Assembly (NCBI GenBank): GCA_032718475.1
Contig: JAUCBJ010002922.1
Coordinates: 1 to 35,382 of the forward strand
Length of the DNA stretch: 35,382 nt
Origin: Nemertoderma westbladi
Taxonomy: Eukaryota > Animalia > Xenacoelomorpha
Reading direction: 5' to 3'
Every line of letters starts with the position of its first letter. Positions within the stretch are counted from its first letter, which is position 1. A program made the position numbers and the translations under genes. Below are positions 23,606 to 35,307 of the stretch, piece after piece. The notes beneath the pieces were generated by a model. That model made no database searches and was not told the origin of the DNA. It saw only the letters and a list, made by a program, of their open reading frames with translations.

Positions 23606-24118
23606 CTGGCAATGTGGATGCGGGTTCGAACTGCCCATCATCTCGCCACGATTCTCAAATATTTGCACCCAATCGTATCGTTTCCCCAAATCATCAGACG
23701 CCTCCACCCATTGATCCACCACATTGAGCACTTCCTGTGACGTCATCGTCGCCAAGGTTACGTCGCACCGCGGATGGAAACACAGTACGCGGCATTCGCC
23801 CTCTGCCGACGTCTTTCGGAACAAGGAATTCCCTTCTCCGTCGCTACTCCGGCCGGTAGATGGCGTATCAATTAGTGGCTCGAGGGCGGGAAAATCGTTT
23901 ATGAAGGAGTAGACGCCGCTGTAGTCAGGGTTACGGTCGCCGTTACCACGGATCGCCCCAGGTGATAAGGGGTTGGTGACGTCACCACCTGAGGATAGTG
24001 AGCTGGTGACGTCATCATCTGGGGGTAATGGGGTGGTCGGCTTTGTGGTATTCAAACTTCCTTTGGCCATGTCATCTTTGGGATATTCTTTTGTGGTGTT
24101 TGAATGATCCAGTTCGAT
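23606..24118 (-). CDS. GALT: GALT exon 2
   Basis: tttgtttag acceptor, phase 0; IELDH...NPLSPGAIR...FINDFPAL...QIFENRGEMMGSSNPHPHCQ (catalytic HPH); GTACGA donor. Confidence 0.93.
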
Positions 24119-24223
24119 CTAAACAAAATAATTTGATTAGTCAGCAGTTATTTTGGAGACGCGTTATATTATGCCAACAATTAAATAATAAAAGACAGGG
24201 ATGGCCTCATGATAATATTTCAT

Positions 24224-24557
24224 GAATAAATTCGTGCAGCAAATATTCAAATTCCATTTCAATCACATATAATGCAATATAAATCGATAATTAGACCAGA
24301 TATAGCTATTAATTTCAACCCTCTAGGGCCCTCTTCAGGCAAAATTAAGATAAACACAAATAAACAAACACTCTAAAATGTACAGGCCTAAATAATTAAA
24401 AGGTAAAAAGTATTCACTTGTGTGTTTTTTTTTATTTGTCTAAAAAGGGCCCTAGAGGGTTGAAATTAATAGCTAAATCTTGTCTAATTATCGATTTATA
24501 TTGCAGTATATGTAATTGAAATGGAATTTGAATACTTTTTGCAGCAACAATTTATTA
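24224..24557. repeat. Imperfect ~330-bp palindrome in GALT intron 1
   Basis: Arm 24241-24345 is the reverse complement of about 24435-24535 (aatttcaaccctctagggccct / agggccctagagggttgaaatt). Confidence 0.85.
24305..24340 (-). ncRNA. Minimal hammerhead ribozyme-like motif
   Basis: GC-CUGAAGA-G-GGCCC-UAGA-GGGUU-GAAA-UUAA-UA-GC; palindromic stem III; short stem I. Confidence 0.5.
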
Positions 24558-25215
24558 TTTTGTTGTTATGCTGTAACTGGTTGGAGTGGACCCTTCTTGG
24601 GGGGGGGGGGGGGGGGGGGGGGTACTTACCTACATGAGATATGTTTATATATTGTACAGAAGTTGTTATTTTGTACTCGTTATATTGTTATCGTTATTTT
24701 GTTTTCGTTCCGGCACTGCGCGCCGGCCGTGGTTAAGTATGCCCTACCATACTTAAATGGTAGCTAAATGAGTACCAGTTTTACTCTGGGGAGTATCATT
24801 CTGGGGGGACCGTATTGGAATGTCTTCAGACTTTGTGCGTAATCACTGGCGTAACCGCCAAAGAAAACTTTATTTTTTTACTTTTACTCGTAATACTAAG
24901 TTGCTCTGTCATTTCAATATCGTGATAGTTGATAACAGAAAGCATCAGTGTTCATGATCAAGAGAACAGTAAGTGATGGCTGGCAGCAGCATCCTACTAT
25001 CACAACAGCAATCATCAGCCAATAATGCTACCTGGTATCATATGGAACTAACATAGCATCAGTGTACAAAACTGACATTCAACGTTTCATCGTTACTGAT
25101 AGTCTGATACAAGTAGCAGGAGGACTGCAGTGCAGCAGCAGCCTTCCTGAAAGCCAGTACAATAGGTTTAGTAAGCTATTATTGTGTTTATATAAGTGAT
25201 ATACCGTGGTATTAC

Positions 25216-25311
25216 CTGGCCTTTCCATGGGCGTTGGCATCGGTTTGGGCATACAAGTACCCAGGAATCCCGCAGTGGATTGTACCTAACGTGTTGCCTC
25301 TCGGTCGCCAT
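25216..25311 (-). CDS. GALT: Galactose-1-phosphate uridylyltransferase, coding exon 1
   Basis: MATERQHVRYNPLRDSWVLVCPNRCQRPWKGQ then GTAATA donor; translated by hand. Confidence 0.92.
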
Positions 25312-25994
25312 AGTGAGAATCAATTACTCGCCTTTTATATTGACCAACTGAATAAAGCAATATGAATGACGACTACACGAATACAAATAAGTTTTGGATG
25401 TCTTTTGAAATTCCCTCCACCACTCATGATATTTGGAATAGTGGCAGCAGATGTAGTTTAGCTGTTGATTGTTATTGATTGGCCGAGAGTGTATTGTGTT
25501 TGTATTGATGAGATGAGATGGAGGAGTGGGGATAATGCTAGATGAATTTAATTATGTTTGAAACTCCTTGTAATGTGAGTGAGGCTGAAGCACTGCTTTC
25601 GGTTGTGACATAAAATACCATAATTTAAAGATTTTCCCTCATCTGTCAGGAATTAATATGTGTTCTTTGCTTCAGGGTGACACATTATTAATTTGGGAGG
25701 AGTAGAGTACTCTTATAATTAATTGTTAAACGCCAGATATTGCGTTGCACCTTACTGGAAATATACAGTAAATGTTTTGACATATTTGGTAGGTAATATT
25801 GTTGTCATCAATAATCCGACTTAGGCTCACCGGAAATGAGCAACATAGGTGTTTTGATCTACTACAACTTATTATAAATGGTAACTTTGTCTCTTATCTC
25901 AGCCAGCATGCACTTTTTATAATTTAGAATTAGTTTATTTCCATTTGCTCGCTTCGAAGATGCTGTACCAGAATTGGTGACGCCAAGTTATCTT

Positions 25995-28900
25995 CTACCC
26001 AAAGGTAGGGGTGGGCGCTACTCCTATCTGCTACCCGAAGGTAGGGTTGGGCGCTACTCCTATCTGCTACCCGAAGGTAGGGGTGGGCGCTAATCCTATC
26101 TGCTACCCGAAGGTAGGTGTGGGCGCTAATCCTATCTGCTACCCGAAGGTTGGGGCGGGCGCTACTCCTATCTGCTACCCGAGGGTAGGGGTGGGCGCTA
26201 CTCCTATCTGCTACCCGAGGGTAGGGGTGGGTGCTACTCCTATCTGCTACCCGAAGGTAGGGGTGGCGCTACTCCTATCTGCTACCCGAAGGTAGGGGTG
26301 GGCGCTACTCCTATCTGCTACCCGAAGGTAGGGGTGGGCGCTACTCCTATCTGCTACCCGAAGGTAGGGGTGGGCGCTACTCCTATCTGCTACCCGAAGG
26401 TAGGGGTGGACGCTACTCCTATCTGCTACCCGAAGGTAGGGGTGGGCGCTACTCCTATCTGTTACCCGAGGGTAGGGGTGGGCGCTACTCCTATCTGCTA
26501 CCCGAAGGTAGGGGTGGGCGCTACTCCTATCTGCTACCCGAAGGTAGGGGTGGGCGCTACTCCTATCTGCTACCCGAAGGTAGGGGTTGGCGCTACTCCT
26601 ATCTGCTACCCGAAGGTAGGGGTGGACGCTACTCCTATCTGCTACCCGAAGGTAGTGGTGGGCGCTACTCCTATCTGCTACCCGAAGGTAGGGGCGGGCG
26701 CTACTCCTATCTGCCACCCGAAGGTAGGGGTGGGCGCTACTCATATCTGCTACCCGAAGGTAGGGGTGGGCGCTACTCCTATCTGCTACCCGAAGGTAGA
26801 GGTGGGCGCCACTCCTATCTGCTACCCGAAGGTAGGGGTGGGCGCTACTCCTATCTGTTACCCGAGGGTAGGGGCGGGCGCTACTCCTATCTGCTACCCG
26901 AAGGTAGTGGTGGGCGCTACTCCTATCTGCTACCCGAAGGTAGTGGTGGGCGCTACTCCTATCTGCTACCCGAAGGTAGGGGATGGGCGCCACTCCTATC
27001 TGCTACCCGAAGGTAGGGATGGGCGCCACTCCTATCTGCTACCCGAAGGTAGGGGTGGGCGCTACTCCTATCTGTTACCCGAGGGTAGCGGTGGGCGCTA
27101 CTCCTATCTGTTTCCCGAAGATAGGGGTGGGCGCTACTCCTATCTGCTACCCGAGGGTAGGGGTGGGCGCTACTCCTATCTGTTACCCGAGGGTAGGGGC
27201 GGGCGCTACTCCTATCTGCTACCTGTAGGTAGGGGTGGGCGCTACTCCCTATCAGCTACCCGAAGGTGGGGGTGGGCGCTACTCCTATCTGCTACCCGAA
27301 GGTAGGGGTGGGCGCTACTCCCTATCAGCTACCCGAAGGTGGGGGTGGGCGCTACTCCTATCTGCTACCCGAAGGTAGGGGTGGCGCTACTCCTATCAGC
27401 TATCCGAAGGTAGGGGTGGGCGCTAATCCTATCTGCTACCCGAAGGTAGGGGTGACGCTACTCCTATCAGCTACCCGAAGATAGGGATGGGCGCTACTCC
27501 TATCTGTTACCCGAGGGTAGGGGTGGGCGCTACTCCTATCTGCTACCCGAAGGTAGCGGTGGTGCTACTCATATCAGCTACCCGAAGGTAGGGGTGGGTG
27601 CTACTCCGATCAGCTGCCCGAAGGTAGGGGTTGGCGCTACTCCTATCTGCTACCCGAAGGTAGTGGTGGGCGCTACTCCTATCTGCTACCCGAAGGTAGG
27701 GGATGGGCGCCACTCCTATCTGCTACCCGAAGGTATGGGTGGGCGCTACTCCTATCTGCTACCCGAGGGTAGGGGCGGGCGCTACTCCTATCTGCTACCT
27801 GTAGGTAGGAATTGCGCTACTCCTATCAGCTACCCGAAGGTAGGGGTGGGCGCTACTCCTATCAGCTACCCGAAGGTAGGGGTGGGCGCTACTCCTATCT
27901 GTTACCCGAGGGTAGGGGTTGGCGCTACTCCTATCTGTTACCCGAGGGTAGGGGCGGGCGCTACTCCTATCTGTTACCCGAAGGTAGGGGTGGGCGCTAC
28001 TCCTATCTGCTACCCGAAGGTAGTGGTGGGTTCTACTCCTATCTGCTACCCGAAGGTAGGGATGGGCGCTACTACTATCTGGTACCCGAAGGTAGGGGTG
28101 GGCGCTACTCCTGTCTGCTACCCGAAGGTAGGGGTGGGCGCTACTCCTATCTGCTACCCGAAGGTAGGGGATGGGCGCCACTCCTATCTGCTACCCGAAG
28201 GTATGGGTGGGCGCTACTCCTATCTGCTACCCGAGGGTAGGGGCGGGCGCTACTCCTATCTGCTACCTGTAGGTAGGAATTGCGCTACTCCTATCAGCTA
28301 CCCGAAGGTAGGGGTGGGCGCTACTCCTATCAGCTACCCGAAGGTAGGGGTTGGCGCTACTCCTATCTGTTACCCGAGGGTAGGGGTTGGCGCTACTCCT
28401 ATCTGTTACCCGAAGGTAGGGGATGGGCGCCACTCCTATCTGCTACCCGAAGGTATGGGTGGGCGCTACTCCTATCTGCTACCCGAGGGTAGGGGCGGGC
28501 GCTACTCCTATCTGCTACCTGTAGGTAGGAATTGCGCTACTCCTATCAGCTACCCGAAGGTAGGGGTGGGCGCTACTCCTATCTGCTACCCGAAGGTAGG
28601 GGTGGGCGCTACTCCTATCAGCTACCCGAAGGTATGGGTGGGCGCTACTCCTATCTGTTACCCGAGGGTAGGGGCGGGCGCTACTCCTATCTGCTACCCG
28701 TAGGTAGGAGTTGGCGCTACTCCTATCAGCTACCCGAAGGTAGGGGTGGGCGCTACTCCTATCAGCTACCCGAAGGTAGGGGTTGGCGCTACTCCTATCT
28801 GCTACCCGAAGGTAGGGGCGGGCGCTACTCCTATCTGCTACCCGTAGGTAGGGATTGGCGCTACTCCTATCAGCTACCCGAAGGTAGGGGTGGGCGCTAC

Positions 28901-29583
28901 TCCTATCTGCTACCCGAAGGTATGGGTGGGCGCTACTCCTATCTGTTACCCGAGGGTAGGGGCGGGCGCTACTCCTATCTGCTACCTGTAGGTAGGAATT
29001 GCGCTACTCCTATCAGCTACCCGAAGGTAGGGGTGGGCGCTACTCCTATCAGCTACCCGAAGGTAGGGGTTGGCGCTACTCCTATCTGCTACCCGAAGGT
29101 AGGGGCGGGCGCTACTCCTATCTGCTACCTGTAGGTAGGGATTGCGCTACTCCTATCAGCTACCCGAAGGTAGGGGTGGGCGCTACTCCTATCTGCTACC
29201 CGAAGGTAGGGGTTGGCGCTACTCCTATCAGCTACCCGAAGGTAGGGATTGCGCTACTCCTATCAGCTACCCGAAGGTATGGGTGGGCGCTACTCCTATC
29301 TGTTACCCGAGGGTAGGGGCGGGCGCTACTCCTATCTGCTACCTGTAGGTAGGAATTGCGCTACTCCTATCAGCTACCCGAAGGTAGGGGTGGGCGCTAC
29401 TCCTATCAGCTACCCGAAGGTAGGGGTTGGCGCTACTCCTATCTGCTACCCGAAGGTAGGGGCGGGCGCTACTCCTATCTGCTACCTGTAGGTAGGGATT
29501 GCGCTACTCCTATCAGCTACCCGAAGGTAGGGGTGGGCGCTACTCCTATCTGCTACCTGTAGGTTGGGGTGGGCGCTACTCCT
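25995..29583. repeat. 36-bp GC-rich minisatellite, about 100 copies
   Basis: Unit GCTACTCCTATCTGCTACCCGAAGGTAGGGGTGGGC with recurring variants. Confidence 0.96.
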
Positions 29584-29684
29584 AAGTGTTGTTCCCAGTA
29601 ATTTAACATGTCCTAATTTTATCGACCCCAGTGGAACCCTGCAACCAATAAGCCCGGCGCTCAACCAACTGCATTAACCCTGCC
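29584..29684 (-). mobile_element. tRNA-derived SINE-like head
   Basis: Minus strand GGCAGGGTTAATGCAGTTGGTTGAGCGCCGGGCT (box A-like)...GGGGTCGAT (degenerate box B)...CTGGGAACAACACTTA runs directly into the minisatellite. Confidence 0.45.
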
Positions 29685-30484
29685 TTTAATTTGTATGAAT
29701 TGTATGTAAGAAGTGTAAAATGTATAAATAGTACTAGTAGTAAGTAGTAGTAGTAGTCTCGCACAAACAGTGCGCACCGCCAGCCAAACTGGCTTTTAAT
29801 ATTTATATTAAAAGGTTTAAAACCGCACGTATGCTAATAATATTTAAAACTGATAGAGCAATGTAAAGTTATAATTGACTCCAGATACGCTTTCACTTTG
29901 TCCAACTTTGCCGTGAAGCTGACCATCTCCGATCCATAAATTGATTTGATTAATTCCAAATGACCCAGCTCGATTGAATCCATAACATTGGTACCAAGAT
30001 CAGACAGGAGAGTAACTCTTTTGATATTCACATTGTAATAGTGACGAGAGCTGTGGGACTGCATATTTTATGTATTTAATTTTAAAATTAATGAGTATTA
30101 CTTATATTACTCATTATATATCTTTAACATGTTGATCAATCACCATTAAGTTGGGCAGTAAAAATAGTAAATTACTCTATCTTGGTCTGATCTAACTAGA
30201 ATATATAAAGCCACGATTAAGCGATTGTATGATGATGATTAATCAGGGTTATTGTTCGTTGATTCATCCATAGAACCCCTGCGGGAGGTAATTCTCGTGC
30301 ATTCTGTGTGGTTCACTGGCGTTATCATACTGAACACAGTAGCAAGCTTTATATATTGTATCATCATTAATTAATACCATGTCCCTTATGCTCATCTACC
30401 TACCAATAATTCATTTGTATGTTTAACATTGTATATATTTATAAACCCTTTCGTTGTAACTCATATTAATTGGTACTTATTAAT

Positions 30485-31115
30485 TCCTATGTAACTCATT
30501 AATTCATATGTAACTCATGAACTCCTATGTAACTCATTAATTCATATGTAACTCAGCTCCTATGTAACTAATTACCTCCTATGTAACTCATTAACTCCTA
30601 CGTAACTAATTAAATCTATGTAACTTGACTCATTAATTCATATTTAACTCATTAACTCTGTGTAACTCATTACATCCAATGTAACTCATTAACTTTGTGT
30701 AACTCATTACCTCCTATGTAACTCATTAACTCCTATGTAACTGATTAACTCCTATGTAACTCATTAACTCCTATATAACTAATTATCTCCTATGTAACTC
30801 ATTAACTCCTATGTAACTCATTAACTCTATCTAACTAATTATTTCAAATGTAACTCATTAACTTTGTGTAACTCATTACCTCCTATGTAACTCATTAACT
30901 CCTATGTAAATGATTAACTCATTGATTCCCATGTAACTCATTAACTCCTATGTAACTGATTAACTCATTGACTCCCATGTAACTCATTAACTCCTATGTA
31001 ACTGATTAACTCATTGACTCCCATGTAACTCATTAACTCCTATGTAACTGATTAACTAATGTGTAATTCATTAACTCCAATGTAACTGATTAACTCATTA
31101 CCTCCTTTGTAACTG
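30485..31115. repeat. Degenerate 19-bp tandem repeat (taactcattaactcctatg)
   Basis: Directly visible, with 8-bp taactcat sub-duplications. Confidence 0.9.
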
Positions 31116-31670
31116 CACCAAGCTCTCCCGGCCTGCACAATCCTTATTATCGTATATATTCCCTACGAGAGCCGAAGTAATAAACTGGTGGGGTTCAAAC
31201 TACAGGGAGAAACAAACTGCCAAGAGATCCTCCACTGTCTAGGTGTTCCAGTAACCGCGCCAATCATGTTGCCCAAAATGTTCCTTGATTAAAGTTAAAT
31301 TCAAAGCTGAAAATAAGGTTTGCAGAAGTTGAGATAACATACTGTACAGTAACCATAATAAACCTGTACATTGGTTGCTACAAACACATACCATAATATT
31401 ATTAATAAAAACTGCACGTTAATTATATTCATTTTCCTTTATGGCTAAGCAGTATGGAATAAAAATGTGTGAAGTGCGAACGTGTGATTAACGCCAGTCG
31501 AAGGCGAATTTGATTATTCATCGCTAAAATTGGCAGTCTATGTTCCCTTCGGGTCGCCTCGCCTCGCCTCAGGCTTTGGACCAATTGTTTGTTTGATTGA
31601 TTTGCTTGATAATGTGCCATTCAGCTGCTCATTTAACTTTAAGTAATTCACTCAACTAAGGACAGATTTA

Positions 31671-32579
31671 TCAAGCAGTTTGTACTGAACCCAAAACTTC
31701 GTTGGAACGAATTCCTATAATCTTCTTAACCCGCTGGCGAAATGATTTACTCATGAACACAAAGACTAGAGGGTTTATACTGAGGTTAATAAGTAGCAAT
31801 AGGAACATCCAGAATGGTGTAGAGGCGTCTGTGACTACCATCCCGTAAATATTGTCTACCACGTTGGGTGTCCAACATGCGAAGTAAGTGATTCCACACA
31901 CTATAACTGTGAATACCAAGTTTCGTTCCCTGATGGTGGTGGTTTCGGGTACGACCCCTAGCGGTGCGACGCGGTTTCGCAAACGGCGCATCCATCTGTA
32001 AATAGCGCCGTAGCAAGCGCACATAATACACAGAGGCACAACCCAGTCATCAGTTATATAAAATATGTTGACTGCTGTTGTGTAAGAGTAGCTGCTAACA
32101 TCCATTATGCACTTGTTTTCTTGAGTTACGTTTATAATAGAGTATTGAAATAATTCTTGCGCATTTCCATAAATCCAAGCAAACGCTAAAATTGGCACAT
32201 ATACAGCCTTCCTGTTGCTATGGTTACGATGCTTGATTGGATGGCACACGCTAGACCACCTATCCATGTACAATAGGTTAAGACTCCAGACAGATGTTTT
32301 TATGATGCCCCACATTGGAAGACTGCTCCACCACAGTAGGCAGTAGGTGTAGTTACCTGGGTAGCCAATGGGTATTCGAGTTTTACCTTCTATGCTACTC
32401 ACTGCAAATATTAATCCGGCCAGCAGGTTTGCCACTGATTGGTTAATCATTATACGATCGGATAACAGATAGGGAATCTTGGATAGCCAATATATAAATA
32501 GGGTAAAACCGTTTATCACCACTGCTAAACAACCAATCAAAGTGTAGATCACAATAATTACAATATTGTCAAACTCCAT
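31671..32579 (-). CDS. Intronless class A (rhodopsin-family) GPCR, orphan, about 302 aa
   Basis: Seven hydrophobic segments; NG in TM1, NQSVANLL in TM2, Cys atop TM3, MDRW (DRY-like), CWTP, INPLVF..SKSFR; ATG at 32579. Confidence 0.85.
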   Translation of the reverse strand: MEFDNIVIIVIYTLIGCLAVVINGFTLFIYWLSKIPYLLSDRIMINQSVANLLAGLIFAVSSIEGKTRIPIGYPGNYTYCLLWWSSLPMWGIIKTSVWSLNLLYMDRWSSVCHPIKHRNHSNRKAVYVPILAFAWIYGNAQELFQYSIINVTQENKCIMDVSSYSYTTAVNIFYITDDWVVPLCIMCACYGAIYRWMRRLRNRVAPLGVVPETTTIRERNLVFTVIVCGITYFACWTPNVVDNIYGMVVTDASTPFWMFLLLLINLSINPLVFVFMSKSFRQRVKKIIGIRSNEVLGSVQTA

Positions 32580-33214
32580 ATCGATAAACAACAAAATTGA
32601 AATTAAGAAGCATAAAAATGAATAACAATTGCAACTTGAAAATTTGATATTTATTATTATATTACTATTACTGTTAGAAGGTAAGTTGAAAGATTATATA
32701 TTATTAAGAGAGGATAAGGCCAACACCCACTGTAACATTAACCCGCGGTAGTAGTTGAGTGTGGCAATAAATAATAAGAAATATTAATAACAACGCATCA
32801 GTACCTTGGTTTGATATGAGTAGTCCGTTAATACCCACCCGTAATATCGAGGGATTAGTTGTTATCACTCCAAAACACAAACTTGCAAGATTGCTTTCCC
32901 ACAAGCATTATGTTAGAGTTGTGTATACTAATTAACTTTAAACCATTTTACTCGACTTAGCATAGTGTTTTGCTGTTATTTCACCATAGCTTCCGATCGT
33001 ATGTATGCCCATTGGTTTAATTTTGGCCTGTTTCTCTTCTATCTTTGTGCAATACACAATGAAAAGTAATGGAGGTTCCATTTTGTATTCTGCTACTGCT
33101 CTGCAGGTGCTGCCGTAGATTTCGCCTTGTAACCTCATGAACTTCAATTAAGAGTTGCTCCATAAGTGAGTTAGTTAAAAGAAACTTAATTCACTGAGCT
33201 TAATGAATGAATTT

Positions 33215-34980
33215 AAAGAACATGGGAAGTGAGCTGGATGCCTGATAGAGGCTGTACAGAATTGATTATATACGTAATTGAATGTTCCAGGTGTATATTC
33301 AATGCACAATACACGTTACGGTAAGTCAGCAATACACAATACACGTTACGGTTAAGTCAGCAATGCACAATACACGTTACAGTAAGTCAGCAATGCACAA
33401 TACACGTTACGGCTAAGTCAGGTCAGACATTCTGATCAATATTCTCATCAATAATGCGATTGGTGACCATCTGTCATCATTGATAAATTATATATAACTT
33501 GACATTCAGCCATCGTCGTGAGATCGGTTGTGACTGATCACACATCGCTTGCGTATGCTCACGACTTATAATCTAGAAATAGTTACAACAACTGTAATTG
33601 CTATCATCCATACACTATGTAACCGCTGGTGAATGAATGCCTACCACTTCATCCGTTCGTTTCTTATGGATTACAGATGTAAAAATAATAATACACAACC
33701 ACCGTATAAAGTGACCCGCCGTATAAAGTTATACAGTACCGGGTGTTCCATAATGATTCCCCCCCCCCCCCTGGCCAACCAAAACTGTCAGACATGCACC
33801 TTAGTGTAATATATCATTCGAAAATAATTTAATTCTGAGCTTACATGCAACAATTTAGGGTCCAATACAGAAGTATAAAAATTTTATAGTCTATTCTTTA
33901 AACCTATCTTACTTTTCGTTATTTTTTATTTAATCACAATTAAAAAAATATAATTTATCCAGCGTTAGTCATCATCTTTACAGCCATATGAAAGAACATG
34001 GGAAGTGAGCTGGATGCCTGATAGAGGCTGTACAGAATTGATTATATACGTAATTGAATGCTCCAGGTGTATATTCAATGCACAATACACGTTACGGTAA
34101 GTCATCAATGCACAATACACGTTACAGTAAGTCAGCAATACACAATACACGTTACGGTTAAGTCAGCAATGCACAATACACGTTACAGTAAGTCATCAAT
34201 GCACAATACACGTTACAGTAAGTCAGCAATACACAATACACGTTACGGTTAAGTCAGCAATGCACAATACACGTTACAGTAAGTCAGCAATGCACAATAC
34301 ACGTTACGGTAAGTCAGCAATGCACAATACACGTTACGGTTAAGTCAGCAATGCACAATACACGTTACAGTAAGTCAGCAATGCACAATACACGTTACGG
34401 CTAAGTCAGGTCAGACATTCTGATCAATATTCTCATCAATAATGCGATTGGTGACCATCTGTCATCATTGATAAATTATATATAACTTGACATTCAGCCA
34501 TCGTCGTGAGATCGGTTGTGACTGATCACACATCGCTTGCGTATGCTCACGACTTATAATCTAGAAATAGTTACAACAACTGTAATTTCTATCATCCATA
34601 CACTATGTAACCGCTGGTGAATGAATGCCTACCACTTCATCCGTTCGTTTCCTATGGATTACAGATGTAAAAATAATAATACACAACCACCGTATAAAGT
34701 GACCTGCCGTATAAAGTTATACATGTGTACCGGGTGTTCCATAATGATTGCCCCCCCCTCCTGGCCAGCCAAAACTGCCAGACATGTACCTTAGTGTAAT
34801 AATATATCATTCGAAAGATAATTTAATTCTGAGCTTACATACAACAATTTAGGGTCCAATACAAAAGTATACAAATTTTATAGGCTATTCTTTAATCTAT
34901 CTTATTTTTCGTTATTTTGGATTTAATCACAATTAAAAAAATATAATTTATCCAGCTTTAGTCATCAGCTTTACAGCCAT
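33215..34980. repeat. Tandem segmental duplication (33215-33987 and 33991-34980)
   Basis: Both copies start aaagaacatgggaagtgagctggatg and end tttacagccat; highly similar. Confidence 0.92.
34077..34410. repeat. 30/31-bp minisatellite (aagtcagcaatgcacaatacacgttacagt); about 11 copies here, about 4 at 33301-33420
   Basis: Directly visible in both duplicate copies. Confidence 0.9.
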
Positions 34981-35307
34981 GCTTCCCCTTTGCAGCACGG
35001 GGAGCTCCTCGATAGTGGCAAAGGATGTTGGCCCTTAAAAGGGCCGTTTTGGTTTGAGTTCAGTTTGATTATGCCACAGAATCACGACCCTCTCTAAAAG
35101 TAACATCTCTGATCCTGTCAACCATACGTTTTTCTTCACAGTCATCGAAGATTGTGCACTGGAACTTGTCATTTTAATTACTTCTGTTAGGCCTAATTCA
35201 GTAAAATTACCAAAGAAACACTAATACCGGTAACTGAATACTGTAATATATTGCAATACAGCAAAAAGCAGGCAGTAATAACTGGTTTAAACAGGGCTGC
35301 AACCTGC

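Noticed and set aside
23591-24070. ORF-track start MAKGSL as the GALT initiator
   Set aside because: The frame extends to a splice acceptor at 24119-24120, and the true first exon is at 25216-25311
24700-24810. SINE-like fragment (taaatgagtaccag...ctgggg)
   Set aside because: Only a vague motif resemblance; no clear box A/B, tail or TSD
26011-29562. Many long ORFs (GATPICYPKVGV, RYSYLLPEGRGG and RVADRSSAHPYL repeats)
   Set aside because: By-products of a 36-bp stop-poor minisatellite; frames switch at single-base indels
19853-29583. CRISPR-like appearance of the 36-44-bp repeat arrays
   Set aside because: Head-to-tail repeats without unique spacers, no cas genes, spliceosomal eukaryotic context
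31671-32594. GPCR as an opsin
   Set aside because: No lysine at the retinal-binding position of TM7 (LLLINLSINP)
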